This document shows positions 36,982 to 46,624 of a stretch of 46,624 nt of DNA, piece by piece. Location of the stretch: NCBI RefSeq assembly GCF_004010195.1, contig NC_057718.1:38435834-38482457 (forward strand). The letters run 5' to 3'. Each line of letters begins with the position of its first letter. Within the stretch, counting starts at the first letter, position 1. Made by a program: the position numbers and the translations under genes. The notes beneath the pieces were generated by a model. It was not told the DNA's origin and searched no databases. It saw only the letters and a list, made by a program, of their open reading frames with translations. Source of the stretch: Chiloscyllium plagiosum. Taxonomy: Eukaryota.

Positions 36982-37437
36982 TGATTCCATAGAATCATTA
37001 AAACTATACCATGTTCAAATTTCATGTGGCACAGAGAAACAGAATTAGTCATTACATTGTAATCGCGCTGTATCTCTATTACGTTTATATTCATGTGGCA
37101 AATTTCAGTTATTAGTTTTGAGCTGGTAAATTGTAAAAAATAGTCGAAATAACTCACTTAAAAATACAGTTTGTTGAGATCACATTTGATTAGATTAGAT
37201 TAGATTAGATTAGATTTTTTTAGATTAGATTAGTGATTCCATAGAATCATTAAAACTATACCATGTTCAAATTTCATGTGGCACAGAGAAACAGAATTAG
37301 TCATTACATTGTAATCGCGCTGTATCTCTATAACGTTTATATTCATGTGGCAAATTTCAGTTATTAGTTTTGAGCTGGTAAATTGGAAAAAATAGTCTAA
37401 ATAACTCACTTAAAAATACAGTTTGTTGAGATCACAT
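36982..37437. repeat. 204-bp direct duplication (36982-37185 and 37234-37437) separated by a 48-bp (TTAGA)n tract
   Basis: Copies have equal length and differ at 3 positions by my reading (tatta/tataa, ttgta/ttgga, gtcga/gtcta). Confidence 0.95.
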
Positions 37438-37537
37438 CTGAAGTAATGTGTACAACATTGCTCTCCTTATTTAAAGAAGGATGTAAATATGTTGGAAACA
37501 ATTCAGAAAATGTTTACTCGATTAATACCTGGAATGG

Positions 37538-37786
37538 AGAATGTGAGGACTGCAGATGCTGGAGATCAAAGTTAAGAGTGTGGTGCTGGAAAAGAACAGC
37601 AGGTCAGGCAGCATCAAAGGAGCAGGAGAATTAACGTTTTGGGCATCAGGAATGAGGCTTCTGAGCCTACCCCATTAGCTTACAAGCCTCATTCCTGATG
37701 AAGAGCTTATGCCCGAGACATTGATTCTCCTGCTCCTTTCATGCTGCATGACCTGCTGTGCTTTTCCAGCACCACACTCTCGACAC
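37538..37786. mobile_element. Short palindromic Penelope-type element with decayed hammerhead, 15-bp TSD
   Basis: taatacctggaatgg at 37523-37537 and 37787-37801; arms gagtgtggtgctggaaaag..caggaatgaggctt / aagcctcattcctg..cttttccagcaccacactc; ctgatga a gagc ttat gccc gagac att at 37695-37722. Confidence 0.85.
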
Positions 37787-37940
37787 TAATACCTGGAATG
37801 GGCAGGTTGTCTTACGAGGAATGATTGGAAAGGTTAAGCTTGTATCCACTGGACTTTAGAAGTGTAAGAGATGATTTGATTGAAATATATAATATTTTGA
37901 TGGGGTGGATATGGAAAGGATGATTTCTCTTGCGGGAGAA

Positions 37941-38236
37941 GGGCAGCATGATGGCACAGTGGTTAGCATTGCTGCCTCAGTGCCAGGGACACAGGTTCAA
38001 TTTAAGCCTGGGGTGACTGTGTGGAATTTGCATGCTCTCCCCATGTCTGCATCGGTTTCTGCCAGATACTCTGGTTTCATTCAACTGTCAGGTTAGGTGG
38101 AGTAGCCATAGTAAATGCTGCATTACAGGGATAGGGTAGGGGAGTGGGTCTGTACAGTGGCTCTTTTGGGGGTCGGTGAAGAAGTGACGGGCCAAATGAC
38201 CTGTTTCTGCACTGTGCGTTTCTATGATTCTATGAA
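37941..38236 (+). mobile_element. HE1/V-SINE-like tRNA SINE
   Basis: gggcagcatgatggcacagtggttagcattgctgcctca...ggttcaattt; tail tctatgattctatga. Confidence 0.85.
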
Positions 38237-38317
38237 TATAGAACTAAGAATCCCTGTTTAAAAATAAGGGGTCACTTATTTAAGACATAAGAAATATTCC
38301 CTCACTGAGGGTCATTA

Positions 38318-39035
38318 TTGATTTGAACTGAATGATTTATTGTCACTTGTATTTTATAGTGAGTAAAGTACAGTGAAAAGCTTCACTGTGGCCATAGGTT
38401 AGGTGGGTTGGCCATACTAACTTGCCCAGAGTGTCCAGGGATGTGCAGGCTCGGTGGGTTAGACATGGGAAATACAGGGTTACAGTAAAAGGGTAGTGAG
38501 GTGAGTCTGGAGAGGATGCTGTTCGGAGGGTAGGTGTGAACTCGATGGGTCAACTGGCCTGCTTCCACATTGTAGGGATTCTAAAAATGGCGAATCTGGC
38601 AACATTTTGAATAGTTTAAGAATTAAAAAAAGTAAAAGGATATAACTAAAAGAGAGTCTATATTCATTCCGCTGTCTACACCATGAGTCCAGAGTTAGCC
38701 CCACCGCCTCCGACCCCACTACTGCTACACCACCACTTCTCCTCCACCACCTTCCCCCCTTCATCTGCTCTGGACCCACCAAGATGACAGCTGCCACTCT
38801 CTTTAGGCACCATCTCTTTGCTGGTAGGCCCATCACCGAGTCCCACGCTGTACCTATACTCGCTCTGAAACCAGGAGTTCCCAGCTCTGCTGCTGCCTCT
38901 GACGCCAGGAAACCCCACTCTGGGTATACCATGCTGCTGCCACTGTAGCTGCCGCCTCACCAATGCCAAGAGTCCCTGCTCTGGGCTTACTGCGACCAGG
39001 ATATTTAGAACTTCCATCTTCATGAGGCAGCGGAA
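38318..39035 (-). mobile_element. Non-coding element with a Rex1-type 3' tail, interrupted by a + strand HE1 SINE 3' fragment (~38395-38583)
   Basis: Minus strand ends tttcactgtact...caagtgacaataaatcattcagttcaaatcaa, similar to the Rex1 tail at ~26980-27032; GC-rich body has no RT motifs. Confidence 0.55.
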
Positions 39036-39454
39036 GTGAGTCTTTAACAATTTTTAAGGGAGAGATAGATAGAATCTTGATAATCAAGGTGGATGGGGTA
39101 GGTAAAAGCAATCAGATGAGTCCCGAATTTGTTGAATAACAGACCAGACTTGAGGAGCCTATTCCAACTCTTCATTTGTATACTTAGACATGCATATGCT
39201 TGTATTAAGTAATGTTTCCTAAGGTTGTAGTGCAGCAATGATTAGTTAGCCATCATAATTGAATTTCTTTTATGTCATAAACATATTAGACAGCAAATCA
39301 CTTTTTTACAATGCAGAAAAGGCCCAATAAAGTTCAAAGGCTCCCATTTCTGGAAATTTGACAAATTAATATATATCAAAACATACAGTAGTTTAACAAC
39401 ATCTGCTAGGAGATATATCCTTCTGAAAGCAGAAAAGTTAATATGTATGCTGAT

Positions 39455-39795
39455 GACATTTTTCTTCTCACCTGCACCTCTCTTGTCTACTCCACTGTCA
39501 TTGGATTAAGATTGTTTATCTGACATTTAATACTCATTATCAGAAACTTCCTCCAACTAAATATTAGGATGACCAAAACCATTTGTTTTAATATTTGCTT
39601 CAAATTCTGTTCCCTTGTAAGAGGCACTATCCCCTTCTCTGACAGTAGTCTGAAATTAAAGCAGTCAGTTCACAACTTTAGTATCATATGCATTCCAGAG
39701 AGCTGCTTTTGATCATGTATTTGTTCCCTTACTAGACGATGTATTTATACATCCACATCATCAGGCATCACTTACTTCATCTACTGCTGAAATTT
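39455..39795 (+). mobile_element. Old L2-like LINE RT fragment
   Basis: tatgctgatgac (YADD), aacttcctccaactaaatattagga.gacc (NFLQLN..KT-like), gttcacaactttagtatcata (V.NLG.I-like). Confidence 0.5.
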
Positions 39796-39825
39796 GATGG
39801 GGAGGCTAGAAACCGCATTTCAGAA

Positions 39826-40124
39826 CAGCAGAGTAATAGATGTCAGCACTGCTGCCTCACATTGCCAGGGACCCAGGTTCAATTCCACCCTTGAGTTACT
39901 GTGTAGAGTTTGCACATTCTCTCTGTGTGAGTTTTCTCTGAGTGCTCTAGTTTCCTCCCAAAGTCCAAAGATGTGCAGCTTAAGTGGATAGTCCATAGTG
40001 TGTGGGCTCGGGGCTGTTAGCCATGGTAGATATAGACAGGGTCTGTGTGAGATGCCCTTCAGATGATTGGTGTGGATTTGATGGGCCAAATGGCCTGTGT
40101 CCTCACTGTAGGGATTCTATGACT
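39826..40124 (+). mobile_element. HE1/V-SINE-like tRNA SINE
   Basis: cagcactgctgcctcacattgccagggacccaggttcaattcc; tail ctgtagggattctatgac. Confidence 0.85.
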
Positions 40125-41584
40125 AAGAGTTTGGAACATTGCACAATTTATCCTTTTGTCTTCAAGAATAATCAGTTTACTTTTCAAAAAGACAATCTCT
40201 GCAGAAAAATCTGTATTGTTCTCTTCTTGTGAAGTATGTGTATTTTATGGATATTTAGACGGATGACCTTTATACTTAGATACTACTGATATGTTAACCA
40301 ACTGTTGCATTTTTATTGAATAAGTTTTGTTTTGGTAATAAAGCCATGATTGTATTTATTAAGAAAACTGCTTTATTGATCTTGTTTAAATGCAAAATAG
40401 ATAAGGTATTTGATTGGTCATCTTGGTAATTGGGAAAAGTATTTTTATTTTATATTGTGATCCATGGAGTAGTGGGAAAAGAGCAACAGAGCAATAGTCC
40501 AATCTGTCAAAGCATTATATGTGCAAATGGTGGTCCAAGTGCAAGAGGAAGCCAGCTTCTGTAATCATTTTCACAAATGTACAAACTATGTAACTACAAT
40601 GGTTGGTAAGGGAGGTTTGTTGAACATCATAACATAAATGAAGTTATGATAGATAATAATTTTTAAATGTTTTACAATTTTAAATGTTACACTGCAGCCA
40701 TTCAGCATCACGCCCCCCCTCCATGTGCTTTTAGTGAATTTTAATGGGGCCAAATTAGAATCCATTGGAAGAATCTAACATTAGTTTTTTTCACCATGTA
40801 TTTATGAACATTTTGCACTTTATTAATTGCATTGTTGGTGCTGTTGGCCTGGTTACACTTCCAATCATACACAAAAGCTATTTTTAACAAGGCTTTTGGT
40901 GGAAATTCTAGCCAACCTCATTTATTTATTTAAATGATTACTGGCGATTACTAACCATTGCCGAATGTGTGGAGGTTGATATCCATGCAAACATCAGCTA
41001 CATGTTTTAAGCTATTATCTGTGACAGATTAGTGACATGACCTGATGTTTTCAATTTTCTAAGTTGCATTGCCGAAGGTTGCAACTGAATAAATTATACA
41101 ATGAAAGCAAGATCTAGTTTGTATCTGCATTTAAAGTAGACAGACTGATTTTTCAATCATTTCACTGGTAGAAAACTATAAAGATACATTTTTTACAATG
41201 TGGTTTACTGATGCAGTAATTTCCCTACATATAGGGCATAATACAATGATATTCGAGTGGCATACAGGTTACGCAATTGTAAACATAGACTTGTTTAGAT
41301 TGATTAGCAAAGTGGATCTGGTTCAATTAAATATACTACTACTGGTTGCAGCTTAATGAGGCTTCTGTATAAAAACATATAATTTGGATAATGCATGGTC
41401 AGAATAGAAATCAATCTTAACATTGTTACCATAGCAATGGCAAGGTTTATTCAATACAAAACCATGGAGTTTTTGTGCCCTTTTATTCTGAAACATTGTC
41501 GTGAGGAAGCATAGAAAAAAATGCACCATTGCATCTCTCTGTCACAGTTTAGGGACAGTAGTAAAGTGTGGTTTGCAATTACAT

Positions 41585-42690
41585 AATACCTTTCACATAT
41601 TCAGGAAGCCCCAAAGTACTTCACAGTTTTTTTTTCAAGTGGAACTATTATTTTTTATAGGCAAACACTACAGCTAATTTATACAGAATAAGGTCCCACA
41701 AACAACAATAACCATCTATTTTATTTTTGAGGTATTAATTGAGGAGAACATTCCAACCTGGACACTTGATAATCAGTGGATTTTTTTTTAATTGTGATTT
41801 TGATTGATGGATAAATATTAGCCATGACACTTGGGAGGATTTTCTACACTGCTTCAAATAGTACTGTGGGATCTTTTATATCCAACTGAACAGGTAAGAC
41901 CATAACACCATAAGACATAGGAGCGGAAGTAAGGCCATTCAGCCCATCGAGTCCACTCCGCCATTCAATCACGGCTGATGGGCATTTCAACTCCACTTAC
42001 CCGCATTCTCCCCGTAGCCCTTAATTCCTTGTGACATCAAGAATTTATCAATTTCTGCCTTGAAGACATTTAGCGTCCCAGCCTCCACTGCACTCTGTGG
42101 CAATGAATTCCACAGGCCCGCCACTCTCTGGCTGAAGAAATGTCTCCGCATTTCTGTTCTGAATTTACCCCCTCTAATTCTAAGGCTGTGTCCACGGGTC
42201 CTAGTCTCCTCACCTAACGGAAACAATTTCCTAGTGTCCACCCTTTCCAAGCCATGTATTATCTTGTAAGTTTCTATTAGATCTCCCATTAATCTTCTTA
42301 ACTCCAATGAATACAATCCCAGGATCCTCAGCCATTCCTCGTATGTTAGACCTACCATTCCAGGGATCATCCGTGTGAATCTCCGCTGGACACGCTCCAG
42401 TGCCAGTATGTCCTTCCTGAGGTGTGGGGACCAAAACTGGACACAGTACTCCAAATGGGGCCTAACAGGAGCTTTATAAAGTCTCAGTAGCACAACAGTG
42501 CTTTTATATTCCAACCCCCTTGAAATAATTGACAACATTGCATTCGCTTTCTTAATCACGGACTCAACCTGCAAACTGGGGGTTTGGTTTATAACCTCCC
42601 TAATATTGCACAAGGTTAAGTGCTCAAATCTCTAGATTGGTTTTGAATCCACAGTCTCCAGAGGTGAGAGTGCTTCCACTGAGCCAAGGA
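41585..42690 (-). mobile_element. DeuSINE (SacSINE1-like), split by a young CR1
   Basis: Minus strand head ttggctcagtggaagcactctcacctctg..ggattcaa (42690-42640); Deu-domain-like taaaagatcccacagtactatttgaag...gtgtcatggctaatatttatccatcaa (41880-41805). Confidence 0.65.
41900..42575 (-). mobile_element. Young 5'-truncated CR1 (distinct subfamily) with an uninterrupted RT C-terminal frame
   Basis: ORF 41987-42613 contains LRLYKAPVRPHLEYCVQFWSP, LERVQRRFTRMIPG, TRGHSLRI, WNSLP; tail tcctatgtcttatggtgttatg. Confidence 0.93.
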
Positions 42691-42861
42691 TCAGTTGATA
42701 GTCCCTTTAATAAATTAACAACTATAAGAGGAAGTGAGCATTGTATTATAGGAGCAGGATCATTTAATGTGTCTCTTGGCATTATTTGAGAACAAATCTT
42801 GAAGGAGTGGGGAACTCTATGCCCTGTAGGAGAACTGGCCAACAAGGCATGGTTTATATAA

Positions 42862-43860
42862 TGTACAATGAAACACAGCTCAGGAACAGGCCCTCCAGTC
42901 AACAAAGCCTGTACCAACTCCTAATCCTTATTTAGATCCACTACTTACTTAATTTTCTATCACTCTGTTTGTCTCCTGTTCATGTGTCTATCAAGATACA
43001 CTCTAAACGTTGCTAAATGTGCCTGCTTCCACCTCACCCACCGGCAGTGTGTTCCAGGCATGAATCACCCTCTGCGTGAAAAGTTTTCCCAACACCTTTT
43101 GCCTAAACTTATCCCCTCTCCTCTTGAAACTGTGCCCTCTTGTAGTTGACCTTTCCACCCTTGGAAAAAGCCTCTGACTAGCCACCCTATTTATGCCTCT
43201 CATAATTTTGTAGACCTCTATCAGCTTCAGTCATTCGAGTGAAAACAATCCAAGTATATCTAACCTCCCCTCATAACTAAAACCTTCCAGACCAGGCAGC
43301 ATCCTGGTAAACTGTCTCTGCACCCTCTCAGAAGCCTCCATGTCCTTCTAGTATTTGGTCACCAAATTGCACTCAATATTCCAAATGTGGCCTAACTAAA
43401 GTTTTGCACAGCTGTAACATAACTTACCAATGTTTATATTTAATGCCCCGGCTAATGAAATTAAACATGCTGTATGCCTTCTTGACCATCTTATCCACCT
43501 GTGTTGCCACTTTCAGAGAACTATGGACCTGTACACCCGAATCCTTATGTATGTCAATGCTCCTAAGGTTTGGCCATTTATTGTATAATTTGCACCTGAA
43601 TGTGATCTTCCAAAATTAAACTCCATCTACCATTTCTCTGCCAAGATTTGTAATCTATTTATATCCCACTGTGTCCCTTGACAATCCTCCTCACTATCTG
43701 TAACTCTGCCAATTTTATTGACATCCACAAACTTAATAACTGACCACCTACACTTTCCTCCTGATATTGCAAAAACAAAGGTCCCAGCACGAATCCCTGT
43801 GGAACACCACTAGTTACTGATCTCCATTCCCAAAAAGCACTTTTCCGCCTCTACTCTCAG
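42862..43860 (-). mobile_element. CR1 3' fragment (RT to 3' UTR)
   Basis: cccagcacgaatccctgtggaacaccactag (rc SGVPQGFVLG); MRGINRV...TRGHSFK...WNTLP; tail cacagctcaggaacaggccc. Confidence 0.88.
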
Positions 43861-44139
43861 TTTAGTAAAGCTTAACTTTTGTTTGTTGAGTTTTTAAATA
43901 ATATTTTGAAATTCTAGAAGGAACATGGGGGGACACCCTTGGTCACAGAAAACTATCAGTTCAATATTGATGATTTTTAAGGGGTGTTGTGGCTTTTCTA
44001 TGCTCCTTACTATGGTTATGTGACACATTAATATGTAGACACCCAAAGTTAGTACATTGAATCTTAAACACTTTTATGATTATCAAATATTGGATATCCA
44101 TGAGATATTAATGGATGGCTGTTTATCCTTTACTATTTA

Positions 44140-44320
44140 AGAAAGATGCAGTTGTCCAGATTGGCAGTGCCTTTGATTGACAACTTCTGTCATCGAGTCA
44201 TTGATAGGCCTCCATTTGTTTGGAGATGGTCATTGCCTGGAACCTGTGTGGCACAATGGTTACTTTCCATTTGCCAGACCAAGTCTAGATATTGTTCAGG
44301 TCTTACTGCATTTGGACATG
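44140..44320 (-). mobile_element. Small fragment of the second LINE family
   Basis: gagatggtcattgcctggaacctgtgtggcacaatggttac (rc of a W.VTF.P.KCQAMTIS-like RT segment). Confidence 0.45.
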
Positions 44321-44479
44321 AAATATAATAACATTCACCAGCTTGCTTTTCAAGCATTTTCTCACACCATGTTAGCACCTAGATTAGGTAGAAAGATATG
44401 TTAATGATGCATAGTTACAGAGGGGAAGGACAAAGATTTAAAAACACTCACCATGTAAGATTCAGTGTTCGAATTATAA

Positions 44480-45690
44480 AGAAAATGGAAGTGCATTTGG
44501 ATTTTGTGCAGAATTCATTTATAAGAGCATATTTTGTAGCAGGAAAGAAGAGATCCTATAATTAAGGGATCCTGAGTGAGGCTGGGATAATGATCGCAAT
44601 TGAGCAGAATTGCAAATTTGGTTTGAGGGAGAGCAACTAGTGTCCTCAACTTAAATATGGGCAATTACAATAGTGTGAGAAAAGAGTTATCTAATGCACG
44701 CTGGAAAAACAGAATAAGGGGAGGTCAATAGATGTGTAGCAGCAGACACTTAAGCAGGTATTTATTTGATAATGCTCAGCAAAAATGTATTCCAGTCAAA
44801 AAAAGCACAATGTGAAGTATAAACCAATAGTGATTAACAAAGGCAGTCAAGGAAAATATCCAATCAAAAAAGAAGACATACCATGTGGTAAAAATTAGAG
44901 GATTTGGGACTTTTCTTTTAGGAACTAGCAGCAGAAGACTAAAATGTTAATACAAAAGGAAAAAATGATCGAAGGTATATTGGCAAAAAATATAAAAATT
45001 AACAGTAAGAGATTCTAACAGCAAATAAAAAGAGTAGCTGAAGTGTGTGTGGAATATTTGGAAAATGCAACTTAGGAATTGATGGTTGTAACAGGGAAAT
45101 GGCAATAATTTCAACTAAAATTTTGTATCAATCTTCATGGTTGAGGACACTATAAACATCCCAAAGTCATCAGATAAGCAACATGCAAATGTGTGGCAAA
45201 GTCTTGTCCAAGCTATGTCACAAGGGACATAGTATTGGACAGTCAAGTCACTAGGACCTGATGGCCCACATCCAAGGGTTTTAAAGGAACTGGCTGCAGA
45301 GATTGTAAAGGCATTGGTCAAAATATTCCAGAACTCACTGGATTTTGGGAGGATTCCAATAGAATGGGAAAACTACTATTATGAAACCCAGTTCAAGAAA
45401 GGATGGAGACAGAAAGCAGGAATCTGTAGGCCAATTAGCCCAACAACTGTCATTGGGGAAAATGCTAGAGTTCTTATTAACTCAATTGGATTCACTCAAT
45501 TCAATCCAACAGTCAGCATGGTTTTGTGAAAAAGAAATTAAATCATATCTAACAAATTTGCTAGAGTTCTTTGAGGAGATAACAAGCTGAATTGATAAAG
45601 GTGAACTGATAGATGATGTGTATTTGGATTTCAAAAAGGCATTTGATAAAGTATCACATAAAGGTAGGAGTTCACTGCATTGGGGATATC
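44480..45690 (+). mobile_element. Old CR1 ORF2 fragment (EN end to RT start)
   Basis: KSLGPDGPHPRVLKELAAEIVKALVKIFQNSLDFG, RPIS, QHGF, LTNLLEFFEE, YLDFKKAFDKV. Confidence 0.85.
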
Positions 45691-45695
45691 ATCAA

Positions 45696-46077
45696 CATAG
45701 AGTCATAGAGTCGTAGAGATGTACAGCACGGAAACAGACCCTTCGGTCCAACTCGTCCATGCCGACCAGATATCCCAACTAAATCTAGTCTCACCTGCCA
45801 GCACTTGGCCATCTCCCTCTAAATCCTTCCTATTCATATACCCATCCAGATGCCTTTCAAATGTTGCAACTGTACTAGCCTCCATCACTTCCTCTAGCAG
45901 CTCATTCCATACACATACCACCCTCCGTATGAAAAGGTTGCCCCTCAGGTTTCTTTTATATCTTTCCTCTCTCACCCTAAACCTATGTCCTCTAGCTCTG
46001 GACTTCCCCCACCCCAGGGAAAAGACTTTGTCCATTTATCCTATCCATGCCCCTCATGATTTTATAAACCTCTATAA
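45696..46077 (-). mobile_element. CR1 3' end interrupted by a hAT transposon
   Basis: catagagtcatagagtcgtagag tail; reverse complement of ~14640-14957; breaks at ctctataa|cagggg. Confidence 0.9.
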
Positions 46078-46624
46078 CAGGGGTGGGCAATTAATACTCC
46101 CAAGGGGCCACATGAGAAACCTGAGTTGTGCTGGAGTGCCGAATCAACAATAAGTTGAACATAATTCTGCTCAGTATTAATTTTCTCCCATTGTAAGAAC
46201 TACTAAATTATATAGTTTTGCACTGAAACTTATAATCAAAAGAATAAGGATATTCTGTTACAATAAAGATATGAAATTGTGGAGCAGGTCAAATATAGAA
46301 GAAATAAACAGTAAAAACAATAATTTCAGTATTTCGTTTTATTTTTAACATGTTAATCTCACAAACCAATAATGAAAAGTTGTTTCATTATTGTTCAGTT
46401 TTGCAAACAACAAACAACTCTATACAAAAAGCAATAAGTGCTTTTGATGTTTTTCAGTTCATTTTACTTGTTTAGTGAGAAAAATCCAGTTTGTTTTGGG
46501 CTTGAACAAGTGCACTGAAACCTGGTTGAATGTCTGAAGTGGATATGCAAAAGACAGCTGAGAGGTGATCAGTGATAGAGGATCTGTATTTGGATTTGTT
46601 GAACTTCATCACTGAGAATGTCTG
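46078..46624 (-). mobile_element. hAT DNA transposon (Charlie/SPIN-like), 3' end, running off the window
   Basis: Terminus caggggtgggcaa preceded by the 8-mer ctctataa; transposase C-terminus on the minus strand. Confidence 0.8.
46472..46624 (-). CDS. C-terminus of a hAT transposase (dimerisation domain; GTF2IRD2/EPM2AIP1/SPIN-like), partial, possibly a pseudogene
   Basis: Hand translation QTFSVMKFNKSKYRSSITDHLSAVFCISTSDIQPGFSALVQAQNKLDFSH*; fits the (C)EQxFS..K..KxRSxLTD..L motif; absent from the ORF track. Confidence 0.75.
   Translation of the reverse strand, partial: QTFSVMKFNKSKYRSSITDHLSAVFCISTSDIQPGFSALVQAQNKLDFSH

Larger units (their letters stand above)
37443..39180 (+). mobile_element. 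Old CR1 3' fragment carrying several nested insertions
   Basis: Pieces ~37443-37537, 37802-37940, 38237-38315 and 39035-39180 read through as CR1 RT C-terminus and 3' UTR. Confidence 0.7.

Noticed and set aside
38480..39111. Cluster of overlapping minus-strand ORFs
   Set aside because: GC-rich repeat body plus SINE sequence; open in several frames with no protein signature
2871..40124. tRNA genes suggested by A/B boxes at several sites
   Set aside because: Each continues into a SINE body and LINE-like tail and gives no complete cloverleaf

Overview
Eukaryotic genomic DNA, most likely from a cartilaginous fish (shark). That assignment is inferred from the repeat content: HE1-like tRNA SINEs, DeuSINE, abundant CR1, Rex1, Penelope and L1. 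The only host gene is the 3' part of UTP25 (DIEXF/DEF) on the + strand: six GT-AG coding exons (5731-21020, 401 codons plus stop) with matching splice phases. Its earlier exons lie upstream of the window. The rest is intron or intergenic DNA full of nested transposable elements: a near-full-length CR1, a 5.7 kb L1 with a 36-bp VNTR in its RT, Rex1, Penelope fragments, two pogo/Tigger-like MITEs and the end of a Charlie/SPIN-like hAT. The most unusual signal is a set of Penelope-type and short palindromic elements carrying minimal hammerhead ribozyme motifs with covarying helices, one with a compensatory U3-A8 core. There is also a 204-bp direct duplication flanking a bare (TTAGA)n retroposon tail. 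Exon boundaries were read base by base; most repeat boundaries are approximate and family names come from recognition by eye, not database searches.
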